Origin: Paramecium tetraurelia
Lineage: Eukaryota
Direction: 5' to 3'
Assembly (NCBI GenBank): GCA_000165425.1
Contig: CT868318.1
Span: forward strand, 461,067-525,066
Length of the DNA: 64,000 bases
Shown here: positions 41,020 to 52,417 of the stretch, piece after piece
Layout: each line of letters begins with the position of its first letter
How positions within the stretch are numbered: position 1 is the stretch's first letter
Position numbers and translations under genes: made by a program
The notes under the pieces: generated by a model
The model's database searches: none
What the model was told of the DNA's origin: nothing
Seen by the model: only the letters and a program-made list of their open reading frames with translations

Positions 41020-41861
41020 ATGTTTTCAAATATGCTCTCAGATTCGAATTTCTAGGATGAAGTTTTTCCATATTAGAAATTCTCGTCTTCTCAATCATTT
41101 GAAATGGAACCATTTTCAGATTTTGAATAAAATTGCCATCGTAATATTTTTGTTAATTTACTTAATAGTGTCATTCAATACTAACGAAGGGTCATAATTT
41201 TAAGATGCTGAAGATAGAGAAATGATGTTTAAAATTAAGGAAGATGACACCTCCCTCAATGCTTTGAATCAAGATCTAATGAAAAGAAAATAAAAAATTT
41301 GGAATGATGAAGAGGATTCAAGACTGAAATATTTATTTGTGGAATTATCAGGGAAATGGAATGAAATTGCAAAGCACATGCCATAAAGAAACGCGTCTTA
41401 GTGTTAGCAGAGATGGAGAAGAATCAATCCACCAAAAGATGTATTGTTATTAAATTATAATTTTTAGACAAGGCATATTTGGAAGCAGGAGGAAGATGAT
41501 AAATTAAAATAGTTAGTTTAAGATATTGGGAAATAATGGATGAAAATCGCCAAATGTATTAATATTGGATAATTTTAGGTTTTGGCAACATTACAGGGAA
41601 ATAAGTTAGAGATAGATACATTAATAAATTAGATAAGTCTATAAATAAGTAACCATGGACTTACGAAGAAGATATGCTTATTTTAGATTAGTATAACATT
41701 AATGGACCTAAGTGGACTAAAATTTCGAATCAACTATAAGGGAGACCGGTAATTTTAAGTTTAATATTTTTTAGGAAAATCATGTTAAGAATAGGTTTTA
41801 TAGCTATATAAAACGAAACTTTTTAGGGGAATAGAATAGATACTAAATAATCTATTCTTGA
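41020..41861 (+). CDS. Myb-domain protein (three divergent repeats)
   Basis: WNDEEDSRL...KWNEIA..RNASQCQQRW, WKQEED...GKQVRDRYINKL, PWTYEED...GPKWTKI..GRPENHVKNRFY; 4 short introns; start approximate. Confidence 0.88.
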
Positions 41862-42131
41862 ATTGCTTCTCTTTTTTTCTCATTAGAAAAATGAGAGGCT
41901 CAAATATCAAATTGAGTTATATATATATATATACATCGCGTTATAATTATAAATACATAAAACGAATTTCAATTTATTGGATTTATTAAAAATTTGAATA
42001 AATGATATCACTTCAATTTCGACATTATTTATTCAGTTTTTTCAAGAATTATAATAATAATATAAATAATCACTAATATTAACAGCTATTAATAGTTTAA
42101 TAATTAAAAATATTAAGAAACATAATTTATA

Positions 42132-42663
42132 TCATAAATCATCATCATCTGGAGCTGGTTTGTTCATATTGATATCAACTTTGCCATCATCTCCCATTTT
42201 AACTTTCTTTCCATTAATAGTGACATAATCATCATTTTATTTTCTCTATCCTTTTTCAATGTCTTTACATGACTAATTAAAGATAGAATAGATAGATTAC
42301 ATTAGTTAATTTGTAGCAAATTTCATCTTCAATTGAATCGTTACCTTTTCTCTTCATCAAGGCTTCAGTGACTTCCTCTGACCATCCAGACATAAATGCT
42401 TCACATCCTTTTTTCATATCAGGGGGAGGATATTCATAAACACTGAAATTTTTCATTTGGCACATCTCAGATAGAGCATCAGTAATATCTGATTCCCTGG
42501 TTGATGTTTTAACTTTCTTTAATGTTTCTCGAACAATTGCTTAGCAACTATTGCAATAAAGCAAGGCTTCAACAGTTGTTGGTCTTCTGTCGTCAGTCGT
42601 TTTCTTTTTTTTAGCTGCCTCTAAGAGGAAAATCAATGTCACAAAAACGAAAAGAATTTTCAT
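42132..42663 (-). CDS. Secretory saposin-like / Canopy (CNPY)-type ER protein
   Basis: Signal peptide MKILFVFVTLIFLLEA; saposin-like Cys spacing (CNSC...C...C...C...C); C-terminal DDDL resembling an ER-retention signal. Confidence 0.7.
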
Positions 42664-42879
42664 TTTAATTAATAATACGTGTACTTTAAATTATTATTCT
42701 TCTATTCAAAATTTATATAATCAAGGGATTACATAATATTAAAATATTCATAAAATAGAACAAATATAGATTGCTAATATGAATTTTAATTTAAATTTGT
42801 TAATCACATCTTTAATTTATATTATATGGCATTTATATTTTTAATTAATTTAAGGGAACTTAATTGTTATCTAAATTTA

Positions 42880-44345
42880 TAATTTAATTATAAATATTAT
42901 TAATATTCTGAGTTGATAATTATTATAATTATTTACAAACAGAAGCCTAAAGTAGTGATTTAATAAATAAGAGTATTATATAACTGATTTAAATCTATTA
43001 TCATTCTTTAATCTGCTTATAATATTTGGATAATAATTTAGGAATTCGGATTAAAAATATCAATTAATTTTCTTAAATAAATGACAATATCACTCTTATT
43101 TATTATCCAGTTCTTCTTATTTAGGATTAGGATCCAGTTGTTCCCCCTGTAAAAGATAAAGTATTACCTGTTATTGAAGTGATTATTTCTTGAGGTCAAG
43201 ATGACTTCCTGGTATATATTTATTAATAACTTTCTTCAATTACTCTTTTTGAGGGATTCCAATTCTTAGTTAACTCTTCTTGACATTTGTTATATTCATG
43301 ATTGATTTTGATACACTTTTATTTCCAGATTTCCACTTCTTATGATAAGTATGATCTTTCTCTTAAATCACAGTAGTTCCTTATGATTTCAATTTGAACC
43401 ATGGCTAATTTATTCTAATCATAACTATTATTAAGTTTTACATCTAAATCTCTAATTTACATAATGAGTTGATTGTTCTTACTGTAGGGTTTCCTATTCT
43501 ATTATTTCATATTTGTTCTTCCAATTAAATTCAAAATATCTTAATTAGCTTATTGCAATTATCTTTCTAATCTCAAAATTTCATCTCCGGCCAATCTCAA
43601 CTAATTCTCAAAGTCTTTCAATTAAATTGTATCCTGAGCACTGGTCTGTAATTATGATAATTATAATCTTAATTGTTAGAATTCTGCATCTTTATTTTAA
43701 TTGGATTATTTTAATCTTTCATTATCACTCTAAGACTAAGCATAAGAAGTTCTAGATCAGCTAATTATCTTCTTAGTCCTGCAATCTAGCCTTCTAATTA
43801 GGTGCTTATTGCAAAGAATTCAGCCTACATAGAATTAGTATCAGTAGCATTAGCTCTATATAAGGAAATATCACCTTGCAAACTTTCTAATTAAGATTCA
43901 GAATTATTTTTCATTTGCATCATTTAACTTATAAGATATTCATTTTCTTATCGCAAAGTACGTAATTAAGATTCTAATTACTTTACTCGATTTTTATATC
44001 GGTCACCTTCACTACTACTACCTTCTTAATAACTTTGCCTTCTTTTCTTCTTTCCAAATCAGCAATTTTGCTGTATGGTCAGAACTTAAACTTAAATTGA
44101 TCGATCCTCTATAGATTGACTGTCCTCTATATGTACCAGGATACCTATGGAACTTGCATGTTTTATCTTATGACTTTTTGAACAAAAAAAATCCTTTGTA
44201 GTGATAATTACCTAGGCAATGGTTTGTAACGTTTCTAAAGTCACTAACTTCATTCCTTAATGGTCTCCATTAGGTTATTATATAGTGTCATTGTAAGATC
44301 AATGTCTACTTACTGATCATCACTTTAGGAGATTTCTTTATTCAT
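42880..44345 (-). CDS. Hypothetical coiled-coil protein; ends approximate
   Basis: Long heptad-rich code-6 frame (RVKQLESQLRTLRQENEYL...LEGQIAGLRRQLADLE), Gln-rich tail; 5' exons unresolved. Confidence 0.55.
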
Positions 44346-44564
44346 CTGATTTTTACTAGCAGATAAATTTAACCAATCATATAATTACCACAAATGTGTT
44401 TAAAAAATGAAATAAAAGTAGTTAATGAACTTAATTTTTATTTTCTAAGATTTAAGATAAGAATTTTTATTTAATCAAACTAATTTAGATAATTTCCAAT
44501 ATTTCCAAATACAATTCTTATCTTGTCATATAGAATTATTGTATTTAATCATACAAACTAACTA

Positions 44565-46646
44565 ATGGAAAAAGAAAATTCCAAATCAAATTAGATTATA
44601 ATTGAGGAGATTTTTGAAAATTTTACTTTATTACATTTAAGTTGATTGATAATTAAATTGAATAAGAATAATATACACTAAGATTACATTCACAATAGGC
44701 TGTTTGTAGATAAAATAAGATTGATTATTAAAGATGATTCTACCATGAATTTAATATTTATATTAATGTTTGAGGATAGATACTTAGAAACCATAAAACA
44801 ACAACTACTTTAATCTAAAGTTGTGCCAGTCACAATAAATCCAAAAAACATTTTGAAGTCTCTCTTGGCATCAGAGAACAAGTTGGACGAAGAAAATCTC
44901 TATTTATCCATTTGTAAAAAGTAGGAACTTATTATAAAAAATTTGAATGAAGAAAATGCAGATGCTATTATAAGCATTTGCAAGTTCATAAGGTTAGAGA
45001 TTATGAAATAAAAGGAAGGATCAAAGGAAGAAATCAAATATGGTGTTCTAAAACAAATAGAAGTAGAATGCATCAATTGGCCTTAATACAAGAGTCCTAG
45101 ATGGCCTGAATATTTGGAGTATTTCAATGGTTTAACAATTCTATTGATCAACAACACCTACATGTTGATGGAACAAATTTTGATCGATTTAACAACCAAA
45201 CCCTTTGTTTGCGAAGAGTTTCATCAATATATTACGGATAAATTAGAACATTGTATGGTTGTATTGTCAATGGAAATAAGTGATTTTGCAAGAGTCATAG
45301 AAAATGAAACATTCTATTGGGAATTAAAGAAATATTTTAATTCCATAATCCAAAATGTTCATCTATATATCAACAGAACATCCTTATTTTGCAATACTCA
45401 AATGGAATATTTGAATGAAACTCTAACAAAATATCACACTTTAGCAAACATTAGAACTTATCAGATATTACAAATCGAAACATCATAATACATAATAGAT
45501 TAATGTCATATATCCCTAAGAGAAATGTTATTCCATCGAATTGAATTTGAGATATTTGACAGAGATCTGGTGAAACAAATAATTAGGCATTTTTATGAGT
45601 ATAGTCCATTGAATCTGGGATTGTATGAGATGTCTACATTAACAAAATCCTTTTAGGATGCAATTTAAATGTATTACATATTGGACGATAAATACTTTGA
45701 AACAGCAGATCTGGATTCTAAATTATTTTCTTAAGATGAGGAATGCATCAAATACAAAATCTGGTTGGATGAAAAGCGAAAGCGATAGTCTTCATTAGCT
45801 AATTAACCAGTTCTAAAGGGATCAGTTGGTGCAGGTTTGGGTTGTTTGATTGTTGACAGTGTCGATCCTAAAATTCCATGGGATGAGAAACTCAAGAGAG
45901 CTGGCATTAGTTCAGTAGCCACAGGTTTAGTAGGAGCAGCTTTGCGTATACCCGTTGTTGGAGTGATATTGTCTTAAGCCTTACTTTTTTATGCAATCAG
46001 AATTCAAGCGAATAATAAGGTGGTGGACAAAAGTGAGAAGCTGAAAAATATTGCACATTTAGGATTTCAAAGTTCATTTGGAATAGGCACAGCTGTAGCT
46101 GGTCAAATTTTGATACCAATTCCAGTATTAGGGGCTCTTATTGGAGGAACTGTTGGAGGAGTTTTTATGGGATTGTATACTAAGTTTATTATTCCAAAGA
46201 CAAAGCCATCAATAAAAGTTATGATAAATGAATTAATGGAAAGATAATATGCTGATGGTTTATTTTAATATGATGACCAAGTTCTTAAGATTATGAAGAT
46301 TAATCAGTAGCATTATTTCGGTCTGAAACCAGATCATTTGAGTGAGTGCTAATGGTTCACTATTTTAATGGTCTATATGATTAATGAAATCCATTATTTG
46401 ACTAATGTGCAGGGGTTGGAAAAGATCAACGAATTATAGTAGTAAATTGAGAAGAAACCAAAGGAGGAGAGCAAATTGATCAAATAGATTAAAGAAGTGG
46501 AGACTGAACTTGAATAATAGGAAATAATTAATGTCAAAATGGAACGATCAAGATACTATATATAAGAATAAGAAATTAACACATTATAAATAGTAGACAA
46601 GGTTGGTGAATTTATTAATGGTATGATTGCCAATTTTAGATTGTGA
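44565..46646 (+). CDS. Hypothetical 693-aa protein with a Gly-rich hydrophobic (glycine-zipper-like) region
   Basis: Intronless 2082-nt code-6 ORF; GSVGAGLGCLI, AGISSVATGLVGAAL, GIGTAVAGQILIPIPVLGALIGGTVGGVFMG. Confidence 0.8.
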
Positions 46647-46655
46647 TATAATTAA

Positions 46656-48858
46656 TCAAATCAATTAACAACATGTACTTCCCCCTTCTTCTGTTCCTTT
46701 AGCTATTGACTCTATAAATGGATTCATTGATTTTGCCATAAATCTTGCTGCCAAGAAATATTTGCTATAAGTTTCTCTTACTTATTTGATGCTAAAAACA
46801 TCTCTAATATAAGTCTTCATAGTTGGAAATTGGCTGAAATCAAAATCCACAAAGAATAAGGTTGAAATTTCGGCAGTAAATCTTTAAATATTATACAAAA
46901 AATTACGCTAAATCTGCTATTGTGGGTGTTCTGGATCCCATGATATATTTGTATTTGCCTCCTCCAAAAAATGCATTCACCATAAAGTGTAACAATTCAT
47001 TTACTTCTCTTACTCTTTCATCATAATTTTTTGGCATTTCCTTCTTGAAGAATTTAGGACCAACGAAGAAATCCATTGCTAATAAACTTAGTTTTCTGAT
47101 TTCTAAATGGTGGAAATCTAAATAGGAATCAATCTTTGCTCTTAAGGGAAAGTTTGGATATAATTCAGTTAAGTTGAATTGAATGCAAATGAATTTCATT
47201 ATAGCATGACTTTCAAATAAATGAAAGTTTCCAAATGATAATGCAGGAATACTTTAATTAGGGTTGATATCAGTATATGGTTTTTTTGTGTTTTCTCCTG
47301 ATTGAATATCAATAGTCTTTTCTTCAAAGGGAATGTTTCCTAACAATAAAGCTGTTTTAGCAGCTTTGGCTGGTCCTGAAAAAAAGTTAAAATACAAGAT
47401 TATTCTTGTTTAATTTCTTACAGGCTATGCTTGGCTTATTGAAATAGCAAATTTCCCAATTTTTTGACTTTGTAGAAACCCAAACAATTCAGCATGAGAT
47501 CTTTTCATTTCAGGTACTTCAAATAATCGTTTTATATAAAGATCAAAACCTGGGATCTTCTCAAAAGGAAAATCTGTTATGAATAATTAGGCCAAGTCAT
47601 TTCCTACTTTAATATCTGCCAAAGTAGGATGTGGGGAATCATTGATAAATGTCCATTTGCCGTTGTTCATGAAAACTCTCCAGAAGAACTCCAAAGTTCC
47701 TATCACATTCTATAATTGTTAATCCTTGTCTGCAGGCATGGGAAGCTTCATCATTTGAGGTCCAAAATAACAAGAAAACACATAATTTGGGAGTGAACTC
47801 ATTTCAGTATGATGAAAATCTAAATATTCATCTACTTTTGCCTAGGCTTTGAGTTAGGTTGGATACAAATTATACAAATTAAACTTCCTTGCTACATACT
47901 TCATTATTGCTCCACTTTCGAACAGTTTTATACTATCATTGGCAATAGCAGGTATAGTTTAATTTGGATTGATAGCTGAAAACCATGGTTACTCGTTTTC
48001 TCCTGATAATAAGTTAATAATCTGTTCATTGTAGTCAATTCCACTATATAATAGAACTGTCCTTGCTGATCTGGATGGAGATGATAAGGGATGGAAGTAT
48101 AATGTGAACTTCCAAGATTATGACTTGTCTATTCCATTGATAATGTATTAGACTTAATCATTCGGGTTAGAAGAATTGATCATTTATAAATATTCAGCAT
48201 AGGCTTCTTTCATGGCTTAGATTGAAAACATCTCCTATAAATACTCTTTAATTTTTGGGAACTAATTGAAATCCAAATCAGATATTAAAAGTTAAGACAA
48301 ATCAGACGTAGCTCTAATAATATTAAAGTTATATTTACTTAACATCTGCAAGAGTGATTGATGGCTGATTAAATATGTACCTGCCAGTTAAGAAGGTGGA
48401 TTCAAAGAATTTGAGAGCATCTATTACATCTTAGTGTAATTCTTGTTTATTATCAGGGACTGGTTTATTCATAAATTTTGGGAATAAGAAACATTGAGTT
48501 ACATATTTTCCAATAGCTCCAAGACCAGTTTAACTCCAATCTAAATAACAGTCGATCTGTGCTTTGTTTCTCAAGTTCTAACTTTATAACAAAAGAATAC
48601 TTTAGGATAATATTGATATAGTTATTTTTTAACAGCAATGTATTTCAAAATAGCATGACTCTCAAACAATTTCAGGCCACCATCAACTAAGGCTGGCAAT
48701 GATTAGTTAGGATTGATATTTTAGAATTCAGCAGATTTATTTTCTCCTTTCAATATGTCCACAACTTTTCCTGAAAACACGGCTTTGCTTAGTAATAAAA
48801 AAGAGCGAACAGCTCTTGAGGGGGGTGAAAGAGGTGAAAAGTAAAGAATTAAAGACAT
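46656..48858 (-). CDS. Triple glutathione S-transferase (theta-like) fusion, about 709 aa, with C-terminal CCQLI
   Basis: Three GST units in one frame: LYFSPLSPPSRAV/INPNQSLPAL/LFESHAI; LYFHPLSSPSRSA/INPNQTIPAI/LFESGAI; LYFNFFSGPAKAA/INPNQSIPAL/LFESHAI. Introns of 23/25/25 nt give 2130 nt. Confidence 0.9.
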
Positions 48859-49385
48859 AATAAATAATATTTTTAGATGACTGCAAGTTATATTTGTTTT
48901 ATTTTGGAATTTAGAATGTTCAAAAAGATATGATAAAATAATTGTAAATTAATATATATAAATATTAATTAATATATTTTATCCATTTTTATCCATTCTA
49001 TAAATCAAGAGCAATTGTTATTATGAAGTTGAAGAGATTAGAATGTAATTATGAGGACATTTTAATTGGTTCTGAGGACTTTTAAAATTGATGAATTTCT
49101 CAATTAGAATTAATCGTACGTTTGTCTTCTTTTCTAAATTCTAAATTCTGAATTCTTAATTTGATTTTTTGTTTCTTCTTCTCTGATTGTTTTTGAATAA
49201 TAATTTATTAATGTTATATATAATAATGACTAAATTAAATTAAACATAATATTTTTTGAAGAGTTATTTAAGAATTATACAACAACGATTATTTTTTAAA
49301 ATAAAATTGATATTGCTTCAAAGGAATCAAAAATTAGTATTCAATTTCTTTGGCTTGTTTTTAATAATTATATTTATTTTTAAAA

Positions 49386-51063
49386 ATGAATAGAAGATTA
49401 TCTTCCGAACAGGATAATTTAAGAATAAAACGAGCCTTGATGAGACAGTAAATTAATCAATCACATCGTGTTGATAGAGAATTTGAGATCGACGAAAGAT
49501 TTAACTCTATTTCTATGTATATAAAACATGATGAACTTGAAATTGATGATTCTGGATATTATGATCATTAGACATGGGAACGATTAGATAGATTTGATTA
49601 AGCATTGCCGAATCAAAGGAACAATTGTTCTTGGGTTGCATATGAAGATTTTTTGTATATCTTTGGTGGTTTTACATTCAATGGGAGATTGGATGATGTT
49701 CACAGATATTCCTTCAGTTCTAATTCATGGTAGCGTCTAAATACAACAGGACAGAAACCAAGTGCCAGAGAGAATAATGGAGCAATATAATATAAAGATC
49801 ACATGTATATATTCGGTGGCTGCGATGGATTATTATGGTTGAATGATTTTTATTCGCTCAATCTAAAGACTCTGCAATGGAAAAAAATTGAACCTACTGG
49901 TTAATGTCCATCTGAAAGATTTGGTATAGCTTGTGGTGCTTATTAGACTAAAATGCTCATTTTTGGAGGTTGTGATGGTAATCATTATCTAAATGATGCA
50001 TATGTTTGGGATTTTGAAGAATAGGTTTGGAATAAGTTGTAATTGATAGGGGACATCCCCTCTGCTCGTTCATGTCCTTCCTATAGTACTTTCAATAATT
50101 ACATATATATATTTGGAGGATTTGATGGGGTTAATAGATTAAATGACTTTTATAAAATTAATATCTTCTCAGGAAAAGTTAAAAGAATAAGTCAGCATGG
50201 TACAATTCCATGTCCAAGATATGTAATATTTAGTGATTATGTGTTAGTTCCACACATCAGAAGTTTATTAAAATAAACTATTATTATTTGGAGGATTTAA
50301 TGGTTAGGCGAGATTGAATGATCTATATGAATTTGAATTTGGGAGTAAGACTTGGAAGAAATTGGAAGTTCATGAACCTCCAAAAGGCAGATCATCTATG
50401 GTTTTTTAGTTGTACAATGATTCCCTCTATGTCTTTGGTGGATATGATGGGGATGAGTTATTGAGTGACATATACAAATTAGAATTCAAGAATGCGTAGG
50501 TTCCTAGGTCCAGTTTCATACAGGATTTGAGATCCTTGATAAATAATTCTTAGATGAGTGATGTAGTATTCATTGTGGAGGATCAACAAATATACGCTAA
50601 TCGTTGTATTTTAGGTGCTAGGTGTGAGCACTTCTAGACTCTATTTTTTGAAGAGTTCAGAGACAAGGATTAAATCTTCATAGAGATTACTGAGTGTACT
50701 CATTAGACTTTTATGGACATGTTATAATATATCTATACTGATTAATTGGACTCATGTTTAAACACAACCAGGTTATTGAGTTTGATCATATTGTCTGACT
50801 AATACCTGATGCAAAGGTTGAAGTATTTATGTGAAGAGTAACTAATACGAAAGATAAATTGCAATAATGTCATCGAGTTAATCTTGTTTTCCAAAAAGTA
50901 AGAAATATATAATATATATTCTAGATATAATTGTAGATTGTTAAGAATCCAAACAATGAAATAGTTAGTGGATAATATAGCAACTATAAAGAGAAGAAAG
51001 GATTTTATAAAATTGGCATAAGAGCCAGAAATACTATTAGAGATAATATAAAAAAAATGTTGA
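49386..51063 (+). CDS. Kelch-repeat + BTB/POZ protein (LZTR1-like)
   Basis: About 6 YIFGG...LND Kelch repeats, then SDVVFIVEDQQIYANRCILGARCEHF and MLQYIYTD (BTB). Confidence 0.88.
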
Positions 51064-51237
51064 TATATATTTTTATTTAATCACTATTACTTTCTCTTTA
51101 AATATTCTTAGTATATTTCTTCCATTCTATTTTGAGATGGGAAATACTGCTCATCTCGAGTGATAAAACCTGCCCAAATTCCAAGGGGCTCCTATGATTC
51201 CTGATATTCTGGAAATAATTTGAAATGCTCTTGCCAT

Positions 51238-51854
51238 ATGTTTTTTTTATTTATTTATTGCGTGGTTGCACATTAATTTAAAAGTGACTCCAGAATTCTA
51301 TAATTGAATGGAGAACAGCTCGAATCAGAATTATAGAAGTCAGAACCTTTTTTAATGATGCTATATGCTCCATGGTGTGGTCATTGTAAGCATTTGATAC
51401 CAGTGTTGGATTAATTGGCAGATTAAGTGGATTACAAATTTATTGCAGTTGATTGGTATTCAAGAAGATCAAACTAGTGTTGCAAATCCTGACGCAAAGA
51501 AGAGATTTGGAATTAAGGGTTATCCTACCTTATTATACGTAAAGGATAATAAGACTCATAAATTCTAAGGCCAAAGAACACCCGAATTAATAATCAAGTT
51601 CATACAAGAAGATTATGCCCAATCAAAGGAGATAAGTGATGTCCCTAAATATGAGCCTTACTAAGAGGGTTTTATTGATAAATATTTCAATAATATTTGG
51701 ATATTTGTAAAGAATACTATGATTATATTATTAGATAGCAGTGATAGTGTTGTCAACCTTAACAATTGTTGTAACCTTCCTTTGTATCAATGATTACAAG
51801 GAGAATAAAAAGTTGGATTAGATGGAAAAGAAGTTGTAGGAGAAAAAGAAATGA
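51238..51854 (+). CDS. Thioredoxin/PDI-family single-domain membrane protein (TMX-like)
   Basis: Signal peptide, YAPWCGHC, FGIKGYPTL, TM segment, C-terminal EKKK dilysine-like motif; 2 short introns. Confidence 0.88.
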
Positions 51855-52417
51855 AAATCTGAGAGCGTATAATAATGTATATTGGTATGGAATCATAATA
51901 ATGTACAATTCTCTCAAATTATTTTACATGAAAAGGATACATCTATTCAAATTTTGAATATTTCCTACTCCTAATTATCTCGATTATGAATCATCTCCAA
52001 AGATCTTAAATATTTTTAGAAACTGATATAAATGCCTAGATATACTTATAAGATTTCTAGATATAAACATAGTGTTCTTAAAAGAGTTAAGGAAATACTT
52101 TTTTTTCTTAATTATATTTTTAATTATTTTTTGTAAATCTGGAATTTACTAATTTATAGACTCTGATCAATAAAAGAATCATAACTCCCTTCAATTTAAA
52201 TCATGATTTTGTGGTACTAGGGTCTGTTATTTCAGTGATTTTGTTATTTAGTACTTCTTTGAGAGATTGATCGATGGGTTGAAATTACAATTTATTATTT
52301 TTGGTATTATTATTTTGGTGTCTCTGATTTGTTTTTAATACAAATATTATTGGGATTCAGACTCATTAGGGATTTCATTAAAAGTTAAAAATCACCCAAA
52401 TAATTTAGAATTTATTT

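Noticed and set aside
48990..49260. Short minus-strand open frame (…QKRRQTYDQFQLRNSSILKVLR…)
   Set aside because: No clear start or motif; long open frames arise easily by chance when TGA is the only stop.
51870..52400. Possible minus-strand hypothetical gene
   Set aside because: I could not build a consistent start-intron-stop model.
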